From a bacterium (GTDB lineage Bacteria; UBA8248), in assembly GCA_965204535.1 (NCBI GenBank), contig CBDBEV010000001.1, positions 1,440,001 through 1,504,000 on the forward strand: a stretch of 64,000 bases of DNA. Reading direction: 5' to 3'. Within the stretch, counting starts at the first letter, position 1; the number at the start of each line of letters is the position of its first letter. The notes beneath the pieces are model-generated. The model made no database searches. It was not told the DNA's origin and was given only the letters and a program-made list of their open reading frames with translations. This document shows, piece after piece, positions 8,931-16,787 of this stretch. The translations under genes and the position numbers were made by a program.

Positions 8931-10085
8931 ATGAGCACAGACGGAACCGCGCAGGCTGAATACGTGGCCCCCACCTGGGACACGAAGATGCCCTTGCCGT
9001 CGAATCCCGAGACGGGCGAGGACGCGAACGACTACTACATCATCGACTGCGAAACGCACGTGATGCCGGAGGATTACCGGCGCTTCATCAAGTATTTCGA
9101 AGGGACGAAAACCTTCGAGTACGCGCACAAGATGTGCAACCAATGGCAGTGGATCGACCACAGGAACAACAGACCGGCGGCCATCCACCCGGGCATGGAC
9201 TGGCATATCGACAAGATCATCGGCGACATGAACCGCGCGGGCGTGGACCAGATAGCCCTGATGCGCGAGTCGTTCATCGACACGGCGGGCGACAGCGCGC
9301 CGTTCTCCACGAACCAGCACGTCATCGACGCCATCGAGAAATACCCCGACCGCGTCATCGGCGTCTCGAACGTGGGTCCGTTCTCGAAGCGCAAGACAAA
9401 GGATTTCCTCTGGGAGATGGAATACCTCCACGACAACTACAACTTCAAGTTCACCAAGTTCTATCAGCCCGAGGACTGCCCCATCAACGACCGCAGGCTC
9501 TGGCCCGCTTATGAGATGTGCCAGGACAAGGGCATCGTCGCCTTCTTCCACACCGGCATCACCATCCGCCTGGGTCCGACGCGCTATACCCTGCCGATTC
9601 TGCTGGACGAGGTGGCCTCCGACTTCCCGGACCTCAAAATCGTCGCCTACCACGGCGGCTATCCCTATTGGGAAGACCTCGTCATGCTGATGTGGAAACA
9701 CCCGAACGTGTATGTGAGCTACTCGATCCTTCTGCCCTGGCTCATGCGCGCGCCGCACCGGTTCGCCCACATGGTCGGCACGACGCTGCAGATCGTCGGC
9801 CCCGGCCGATTCGTCTGGGGCAGCGACTGGCCGGCTTCTGACCCCTACCAGTCGGTCGAGGCGGTCCTGAAGCTCCATATCGACGAGGAACTGCAGGAGA
9901 AGTGGGGTTATCCCGCCATCACGAAAGAGGACAAGGCGGGCTTCCTGGGCACCACGCTCGCGCACCTCGCGGGCATCGACCCGGTGAAGAACCACCAGAA
10001 ATTCCCCGGCATGAACGGCGCGCCGGAGGGGAAGACGCCGGAGGGCGACATCACCCGCGCCATCATGGCGAAGAACGGCAGCTAG
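8931..10085 (+). CDS. Amidohydrolase_2 family protein
   Basis: IIDCETHV, FFHTG, FPDLKIVAYHGG, HPNVY, WGSDWP; GGAGG RBS. Confidence 0.88.
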   Translation: MSTDGTAQAEYVAPTWDTKMPLPSNPETGEDANDYYIIDCETHVMPEDYRRFIKYFEGTKTFEYAHKMCNQWQWIDHRNNRPAAIHPGMDWHIDKIIGDMNRAGVDQIALMRESFIDTAGDSAPFSTNQHVIDAIEKYPDRVIGVSNVGPFSKRKTKDFLWEMEYLHDNYNFKFTKFYQPEDCPINDRRLWPAYEMCQDKGIVAFFHTGITIRLGPTRYTLPILLDEVASDFPDLKIVAYHGGYPYWEDLVMLMWKHPNVYVSYSILLPWLMRAPHRFAHMVGTTLQIVGPGRFVWGSDWPASDPYQSVEAVLKLHIDEELQEKWGYPAITKEDKAGFLGTTLAHLAGIDPVKNHQKFPGMNGAPEGKTPEGDITRAIMAKNGS

Positions 10086-10117
10086 CCCGCAGCCCGGCCT
10101 CTCGCCCCGATAGCATG

Positions 10118-10154
10118 AAACCCCGTCCGGGTTCGCCCGGGCGGGGTTTTGTTT
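10118..10154 (+). terminator. Rho-independent terminator
   Basis: aaaccccgtccggg-ttcg-cccgggcggggttt hairpin followed by a T-rich run, downstream of the amidohydrolase. Confidence 0.75.
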
Positions 10155-10244
10155 GGGGAGAAAATCGGGCGGCAACTGTTCGGGGAATGGATTTGGGGGG
10201 GGAATCGCATACATGATTCGACCGCAGGGGACATTGCCTTTACC

Positions 10245-10808
10245 GCCCTTGTCGGGGTTGTTGAAAAAGCCTTTGTCGAAGGAGCAACCCCCCCTACCCC
10301 CCCTTGTCAGGGCTGTTGAAAAAGTCCTGCAATGCCGGAATGACGGCAATGGGATTACGCCTTGGCGAAGGGAGTGTAGGGGCCGCATATATGCGGCCCG
10401 TCGTTGGAAGGCAAAAAGGCCGGGTCGCATATATGCGACCCCTACACAAGAGATCCGCCCGATGAAGGCTTTTTCAACAACCCCTTGTCAGGGGGGTATA
10501 AAAAGGCGATGCGCCCCCGCCGGCAGAGGGGGCTTTGCTTTTTCTTGCCCCCTGACAAGGGGGGGTAGGGGGGGTTGGTTTTGTAGGGACAGGCCCCCGC
10601 GCCTGTCCGGGGTCGCGCTACCAAAACACAATCGCTCGCTCCTCGCTCATGTCAAACCCATCTTTATGGGAGCGCTGCCGACCGTAGGGGCGGTTCGCGA
10701 ACCGCCTCTACAACGGGCGCGGTATTCGCTCGTCATTCCGGCGGTGGTCAATTCCAAGCGAGAAGAGGCTTTTTCAACAACCCCCTAAGGGACTTCTTCA
10801 ACAGCCCC
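10245..10808. repeat. Nested repeat mosaic: several TGTTGAAAAAG ends, C/G palindromes, GTAG REPs, dRS3-like halves
   Basis: Opening ends near 10254 and 10311, closing ends near 10468, 10768 and 10791; gtaggggccgcatatatgcggccc; gtaggggcggttcgcgaaccgc. Confidence 0.85.
10311..10482. mobile_element. MITE (GGCTGTTGAAAAAG...CTTTTTCAACAACC) with target duplication
   Basis: Flanked by ccttgtcag at 10302-10310 and 10483-10491; interior holds a REP pair. Confidence 0.7.
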
Positions 10809-11561
10809 TCACACCTTCCCCATGACGAACTTGATCACCAGGCTCGTGGCGATGAGGAACAGGGCGACCCGGATGAGCCTGAAGAAAAGCGCCTGGTCGA
10901 TGTGCTCGCGGACGCGGATGCCCGCCCAGTACCCGACGTAGACGGGGATGATCGCCAACAGCGCGTTCGTGAAGCGCGGTTTCGTATAAAAGCCCTGGAG
11001 CCAAAGGCTCAGAATGATGACGCACATGCCAGTCGAGTTGAACGCGTTCATCAGGAAGATGAACGGGTTTTTCGCCAGCCTGAGCATGCTGAAGTAAATG
11101 ATGTTGATGGCGCCGCTGATGGTCGTCGTCCCGTATACGAATCCCAGCGTCGCCCCCATGAGGGCGCCCACGATTCTCTGAAAGCCCGCGCCCAACTCCT
11201 TGAAGAAACCCAGGCGGCTCTCCACGAGCAGGTAGATATAGGCCATGACCCCCATCATCAGACGGATGAAATCGGGGTCCCCGAACCCCAGGAACCACAC
11301 GCCGACCGGCATGAACGCCATGGCGACCAGGAGATACAGCCATATCTCCCGGATAGCGCGCCATTCGGAGCGGAGGCGGTAGGTGTCGGTGAAGTTGGAG
11401 ATGAGGAGCGGGAGCGCGAGCAGGGTGACGATTTCCTTGGGGGCGATGAAGAGCGCGAGGAGCGGGGCGGCCACCAGCGGCGTGCCGAAGCCGATGGACC
11501 CCTTCACGAATCCCCCGAAAAAGAGGACGCAGACGACGATGGCGATTTCTATGTCGCTCAT
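10809..11561 (-). CDS. Sulfite exporter TauE/SafE family protein
   Basis: GGFVKGSIGFGTPLVAAPLL N-terminus; about 8 hydrophobic segments. Confidence 0.88.
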   Translation of the reverse strand: MSDIEIAIVVCVLFFGGFVKGSIGFGTPLVAAPLLALFIAPKEIVTLLALPLLISNFTDTYRLRSEWRAIREIWLYLLVAMAFMPVGVWFLGFGDPDFIRLMMGVMAYIYLLVESRLGFFKELGAGFQRIVGALMGATLGFVYGTTTISGAINIIYFSMLRLAKNPFIFLMNAFNSTGMCVIILSLWLQGFYTKPRFTNALLAIIPVYVGYWAGIRVREHIDQALFFRLIRVALFLIATSLVIKFVMGKV

Positions 11562-11599
11562 GTGAATCTCAAGGAAAAAGAGGGGAGTCCGACCCCCAG

Positions 11600-11707
11600 G
11601 GGGCTGTTGAAAAAGTTCCCTTTTCAGGGGGTAGAGGGGGTTGGTTTATGGGGTTTCCCTTTCAAGGGGGTTGCCGTTACCCTCTCAGGGGGTTTTTCAA
11701 CAATCCC
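11600..11707. repeat. Short MITE-like element with TGTTGAAAAA ends
   Basis: gggctgttgaaaaag...ggtttttcaacaatccc; no clear target duplication. Confidence 0.65.
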
Positions 11708-11747
11708 GGAAAGGGGGGGGCAACAACCCGCTGGGCAGGGACCCGCC

Positions 11748-12554
11748 TCACCCCGCGATGTCTTCGCCTCCGTCGACGCGAATCAGATCGCCCGTCATCC
11801 ACTGGGTGCCGGAGGCGGCGAGCGTCGCGATGGCGTCGGCCACTTTCTGCGGCGTCGTCAGTTCCCCGTGCGGGTTGATTTTCTTCGTGCCCTCTATCAT
11901 CTCGGCGTTGCCCGGGATCTTGCGGAGCGCGGGCGTGTCCGTGACGCCGGCCTGGATGCTGTTCGCCGTGATGCCCCTGGGCGCCAGTTCGACGGCGAGC
12001 TGGCGGATGTGGCTCTCGAGCGCGGCTTTGGCCGCCGACACGGCGCCGTAGGTTTTCCAGATGCGGTGTCCGCCCGCGCTCGTCATGGCGTAGATGCGGC
12101 CCCCGAAGCCCATGAGGCCGCGCCGCACGAGCGCCTGGGTCCAGTAGACGAGGCTGTTCGCCATGACGTCGAGCGTCATCTCGAGCTGTCTGGGGGTGAT
12201 GGCGTCTTTCTCCTCCTCGGCGATGTAGGGCTTGAGCGTGCCGAAGGCCAGGCTGTGCAGGAGGATGCGCACCGCGCCCTCCGCGTTCTCGCCCAGGTGC
12301 TCCTCGATTTGATCCAGAACGCTCTCGCGCTCCTCGTGGCCCGCCGCGTTCACGTTGAAATAGAGCGATTCGGCGCCGTTCGTCCTGATCTGCTCCCGAA
12401 TGCGCTCCACGTTGGGCAGCGTGGCTTTCCTGTCGAGGTGGACGCCCAGGATGTTCACGCCCAGGCCCGAGAGCTTGAGCGCGTTCGCCTCTCCAAAGCC
12501 GCTGCTCGCTCCCAGTATGAGCGCCCAGCTTCCCGCCAGATCCGAGTTCGACAC
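11748..12554 (-). CDS. SDR oxidoreductase, enoyl-ACP reductase (FabL/FabI)-like
   Basis: GASSGFG Rossmann motif; YGAVSAAK (Y-x6-K); GVTDTPAL; TGDLIRVDGG. Confidence 0.85.
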   Translation of the reverse strand: MSNSDLAGSWALILGASSGFGEANALKLSGLGVNILGVHLDRKATLPNVERIREQIRTNGAESLYFNVNAAGHEERESVLDQIEEHLGENAEGAVRILLHSLAFGTLKPYIAEEEKDAITPRQLEMTLDVMANSLVYWTQALVRRGLMGFGGRIYAMTSAGGHRIWKTYGAVSAAKAALESHIRQLAVELAPRGITANSIQAGVTDTPALRKIPGNAEMIEGTKKINPHGELTTPQKVADAIATLAASGTQWMTGDLIRVDGGEDIAG

Positions 12555-12729
12555 GTCTTTCTTCTCCTTTCGAGGCTGCGGTTCGTCGCGTTTTCATTGT
12601 TTATAGCACATCCGGGAGGGATTGGGGGTCAGCCCCGAGTGAGGAGGGAGGGGCTGCTTTTCCGGTCGAAAGGCAAGCGGAGCGGGACAGGGCCCGATAG
12701 TGCATAGGCGACCCCGTCTGCGGCGCAAG

Positions 12730-13341
12730 TGTAGGGGTCGCATATATGCGACCCTGGTTTTTTCGCCTCCCTGAAAGGGTAATGGCAACCCCCTTGAAAG
12801 GGGAATCCCATAAAGGCAACCCCCCTTACCCCCCCTTGTCAGGGGTCAAACGCGAGTGATGAACGAGCGTTTGCATGAGCCATTGACGAGAAACACATCG
12901 TCTTGCAAAACCTCCCTCTTCGGTCGGTTTTGACCCCTGACAAGGGGGGGGTGAATAAGTCTGCGCAGGACCCTGCAAATAGAAGGTTTGTAGGGACAGG
13001 CCCCCGTGCCTGTCCTGATGTGGGGCGGCCACGGGGTCAGACATATATGTCTGACCCCTACGGGAGCCTTGTCGTTCGGGAATCACTCCCCCCTTGAGGG
13101 TCTGGCTTCCCGAGGGGAAAGCCAGACGATGAAGCCGAGCGGTTTGTGCGAAGGCTGACTCGGTGGGGGGTAAAATGCGTTTTATTGCCATTCCGAATTA
13201 TACCCCCCCACCGAATCGCTTTCGGGCTTACGCCCTCAGCTCTTCGTCTGGCTTTCCCCTCGGGAAGCCAGACCCTCAAGGGGGGAGTGATTACGGACTG
13301 GCGCGGTGGTTCTGTAGGGACAGGTCGCGACCTGTCCCTAC
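12730..13341. repeat. REP and palindrome cluster including a perfect 49-bp inverted repeat
   Basis: Arms 13081-13129 and 13244-13292; ccccccttgtcagggg and its inverse; gtagggacaggtcgcgacctgtccctac. Confidence 0.85.
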
Positions 13342-13629
13342 AGGATCGGCGGACAGGCGCGAGGGCCACGGACAGGCGCCGGGGCCTGCTCCCGCGCTCT
13401 CGGCCCGGATGCGCCCCGCCTCATCGCTTCCCTTCATCGCTCGCGCCTCCCGGGAGTGGCGGCAGGGAAAACGCGAAAATACACGAAAAAGGCATGAAAC
13501 CCCCAAAAAAGGATACAAAAGTAGGGCCGGCCATGATATTATTGATCGATCAAGTAAATGAATGTTCCACCTGAAGGGGAGGCGGACGGCCCCGTCGCGA
13601 AAAATCGCAATACCGGGAAGGGGGGATCA

Positions 13630-13684
13630 GGAAAATGAGACATCGCTCGAGGGGAGCCCGACGGGGCTTGCAAGCGGAGGCGGC
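13630..13684 (+). promoter_or_regulatory. Conserved upstream motif, copy 1
   Basis: ggaaaatgagacatcgc...cggggcttgcaa.cgg.ggcggc, repeated at 19198-19250. Confidence 0.5.
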
Positions 13685-13713
13685 TACGGTCCGTCATCCG
13701 AAGAAGAGGCCGG

Positions 13714-14000
13714 CATGAGCTCCGGACGGCTGCCCGGCCGCCCCGACGGGCTCGCGCCGGGCCTCGTCCCCGCGGCGCCGGCTCGCCCTTTTCGCTGCCG
13801 GGCGCCTTCGCCTTGCTCGCCGCGTCCGCCTCCGCTGACGTGCTCGTCAGCGACGTCGAGCAGACACGGAGCAGCGCTCCCGATCTTTCGGGCAATCACG
13901 TCACGATCGGGCCTGACCACCGGAACCGACACCGGCGGTTGCACCCTGACGAGCATCGGGTTCGCCCGGGCACGGCGTCACGCTGCGCGGCGCGATTCTC
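13714..14000 (+). pseudogene. Frameshifted remnant of a secreted surface-protein N-terminus (choice-of-anchor R-like)
   Basis: Signal-like ALLAASASA-DVLVSDVEQ in one frame, then LTTGTDTGGCTLTSIG in another; resembles LVSNxxQ...FTTG...GYTLTSI. Confidence 0.4.
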
Positions 14001-14109
14001 TGGCAGGGCTCGTCGGCAACGCAGCGTACATGGCCCGAATCGCGAGGCAGGGTGCTGTCGCGCCGTGTCTGGTTTCAGGGCTCCAAATTCCAAATGAGGA
14101 GAAAGTAGC

Positions 14110-15606
14110 ATGAGGATAAACAGATACGCGATTGGACGGGCGGGGACCGCGCTGCTCGCGCTCGTCCTGGTTCTTGGGGGAACGCCGGCCCTGGCGAACT
14201 CCGACAAGATTTCGGACATTGACTTCGAGTTGTCGGTCAGTCCACATCATGAAGGAAAGCTCTATGACCGTCCGACCGCTGTCGGATACATTGTCTGGTG
14301 GCATCGGGAAACGGTTGAGGTGAGGGTCGTCGAGAATGGCCAGAACGTCATGGTATGGGTCGATACAGGTTCCGGGTTCAAGGAGGTGGCCGACCCCGCC
14401 AATCCCGGTACGTATCAAGTCCAGCTCAACCCGGCCGGCGAAGAAACCCTGTTCCAGGTCTGGGTGGAAGAGCGGATTACCAGGAACGGCAAACCGGTCG
14501 TCAGGTACCAGCCAGCCAATCTGGTCATCTACAGGATGCCGTCGCCCCAGGCGCGGGGCGAATCACCATCGGGCAACAAGGGTACGGATTCACCCCTGGG
14601 TGCGCTGCCGAAACCGGCGACGCCTACGGAATCGAACCCGCCCCCCGCTGAGCCGCCCGACGACCCGCCGGGCAGCGACTCTACGGACAGACCCTTGGGT
14701 GCGGCGCCGAAACCGGCGACGCCGACAACGCAGCCCGAGAGCCCGCCGCCGACGCAGCCCGACCCGGTACCGCAGACTTCACTCCAGTCGTCCACCGCCA
14801 CTCCGCGGACAGCCGCCGCACCTCCCGACGACTCCACGACGCCCAGAGAAGCGCTTGAACGCCTCGTCTCGTCATCGAACGCCGAGTTGAGAGCTGAAAC
14901 GCTCGACGGAAAAGCGAGTCTGTGGATGAGCCTGTGGGAGAGACCGGACGTTTTCCGCGGCCCGGGCATGCCCCGTCGCGAGTTGTCGAGCCTGACCGGA
15001 CTGTTCGAGTTGTCGAGCCTGACCGGACTGGAGGCAGGCGCCGAGGACAGCCCGCCACCGGAGTACGAGGACCTGGCGGACCGGCTCGGTGTTTCCCGGG
15101 CGTTCGCGGAAACTTCCAGGGCGTCAGAGGACGTGGAATTGAGCTACCTCCACTACGGCGGGTGGATGGACCACAGCTTCTTCTTCGTCAGCGGCGTCAC
15201 TGCTCGCGATCCTGCAACGGAGAAGGAATCGTTCGGGACGTTCCTCCACTCGATGGGGAATGCGACGGGCGCCAATCCGGTCTCCGGCGGCGCAACGTGG
15301 AAGGGCGCGATGGCCGGGTTCGACGTCAGCGACACCGCGGACAGGGGGAACCTCATCGAGGGCGATGCAACGGTCACCATCGACGACTTCGAGCAGCCGG
15401 TCGTCGACGTGGCCCTCACCGGTCTGCGCGACCGGAACGCCGACCGCGACCGGGCGTCGATCACCTGGGAGGGGGTGCCTCTGGCGGACGGAGCGTTCGC
15501 AAGCTCGGGGCTCCAGGGCCAGTTCTACGGGCCGGACCACGAGGAAGCGGGCGGGGTCTTTCTGCGGGACGGGATCAGCGGAGCCTTCGGCGCGAAGCGC
15601 CAGTGA
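14110..15606 (+). CDS. Secreted protein: beta-sandwich N-domain, Pro-rich linker, C-terminal TbpB-like barrel
   Basis: Signal peptide ending ALA; GGATWKGAMAG...GQFYGPDHEEAGGVF...GAFGAKR C-terminus. Confidence 0.8.
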   Translation: MRINRYAIGRAGTALLALVLVLGGTPALANSDKISDIDFELSVSPHHEGKLYDRPTAVGYIVWWHRETVEVRVVENGQNVMVWVDTGSGFKEVADPANPGTYQVQLNPAGEETLFQVWVEERITRNGKPVVRYQPANLVIYRMPSPQARGESPSGNKGTDSPLGALPKPATPTESNPPPAEPPDDPPGSDSTDRPLGAAPKPATPTTQPESPPPTQPDPVPQTSLQSSTATPRTAAAPPDDSTTPREALERLVSSSNAELRAETLDGKASLWMSLWERPDVFRGPGMPRRELSSLTGLFELSSLTGLEAGAEDSPPPEYEDLADRLGVSRAFAETSRASEDVELSYLHYGGWMDHSFFFVSGVTARDPATEKESFGTFLHSMGNATGANPVSGGATWKGAMAGFDVSDTADRGNLIEGDATVTIDDFEQPVVDVALTGLRDRNADRDRASITWEGVPLADGAFASSGLQGQFYGPDHEEAGGVFLRDGISGAFGAKRQ

Positions 15607-15720
15607 GCCGATCCGGACCCCGCCCGCCGGCGCGGGCGGGTGGGGTCGCGCCGGCGGTGAAGGCGGACCCGGTCCTGGAGCCGGGGCTGCGGCCGGCGGA
15701 CGGTGCGCTGGTGCTGACCG

Positions 15721-16230
15721 GGGGGTTGTTGAAAAAGTCCTGATATCGTGATTCCACATATGGAGCCGACCATGGAGGAATGAAACCTTACTCCCCCCTT
15801 GCAGAGCGCCAACCAACCACTCCCCCTCAAGGGTCTGTTGAAAAAGCCCCTGAGGGACCTGCAAACAGAGGGTTCGTAGGGACAGGCCCCTGTGCCTGTC
15901 CGAGGTCCCTGCGGAGCGTAGCCACGGGGATGAACATATACGATGCGGGCGGCCCCATGGGGGTCAGGGCGGCCACAGGGGGCCGCCCCTACGGGAACAT
16001 TGCGGATCGAGGTGAAAGGACGACCAGACCCTCCCCGGCTGTATTCGTCCGTAGGGACAGGTCGCGACCTGTCCCTACACCCCCCTCACGTCGAACACTC
16101 ACTCATCGGGCTTTTTCAACAGACCCCTCAAGGGGGGAGTGATTTTTCTCTCTCGTCGGTCGGTTACATACGACAAATCCAGAGTTCCAGGCTTTTTCAA
16201 CAACCCCCGACAAGGGAGGCAGGGGGGGTG
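15721..16230. repeat. Nested MITE/REP mosaic
   Basis: Outer ends at ~15722 and ~16190-16207; inner MITE sits in a cactccccc...gggggagtga palindrome. Confidence 0.8.
15833..16124. mobile_element. MITE with perfect terminal inverted repeats and target duplication
   Basis: gtctgttgaaaaagccc...gggctttttcaacagac; ccctcaagg at 15824-15832 and 16125-16133; three REP hairpins inside. Confidence 0.8.
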
Positions 16231-16280
16231 GTTTTCGAGCCGGGGGCGCATTTGCCCGCATTTGGCGTTACCGGGCATGC

Positions 16281-16776
16281 GCCCGCGCGGGGCAGGATCG
16301 GGCGCGAGAATTGGGAGGAGTTCCGATGGACCCGGGCAGGATGGATCTGGAAAGAAGAAAGCGAACGGACCCGGCGGCCCGGTTTGCTGGCGGCGGACCC
16401 GGCGTTTTCCGCGCGAGGGGAATTCCTGAAAATATCGATAAATTCACGAGGTTTTCCTGTAAATTCCTGAAAATTACTGACCATGCAAGTGGTTGTAACC
16501 AAAAGAGTTATCATGCAAATCTTAGCGTCCCGCACTCAGATATGGCGGCAAAAAAAGTTTTTCGCCGACCCCCGCATTTGCCCGCAACAGCCCGCATTTC
16601 CTCCCGCACCGCATCACGCCGGCAAAGCCTCATTCATCAATCGGCCTTGACCCCCGCATTTGCGCGCATTCGCGCACCCGCGCGGGGGAAGATCGGGCGC
16701 GCGAACCGGGAGGAGTTCCGATGGACCCGGGCAGGATGGATCTGGAAAGAAGAAAGCGAACGGACCCGGCGGCCCG
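16281..16776. repeat. Direct repeat with a 69-bp identical core, copies 395 bp apart
   Basis: 16313-16381 is identical to 16708-16776; about 30 bp of further similarity upstream of each copy. Confidence 0.9.
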
Positions 16777-16787
16777 TGTCGGAACCG

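Noticed and set aside
8826-12707. Long ORFs 8826-10430 (-) and 10902-12707 (+)
   Set aside because: Antisense shadows of well-supported genes in GC-rich DNA that run through repeats.
10245-16230. REP clusters as a CRISPR array
   Set aside because: Units differ in sequence, orientation and spacing; there is no constant repeat-spacer period and no cas genes.
16313-16776. DGR template/variable repeat pair
   Set aside because: The core copies are identical with no adenine-specific differences, are non-coding, and no reverse transcriptase is present.
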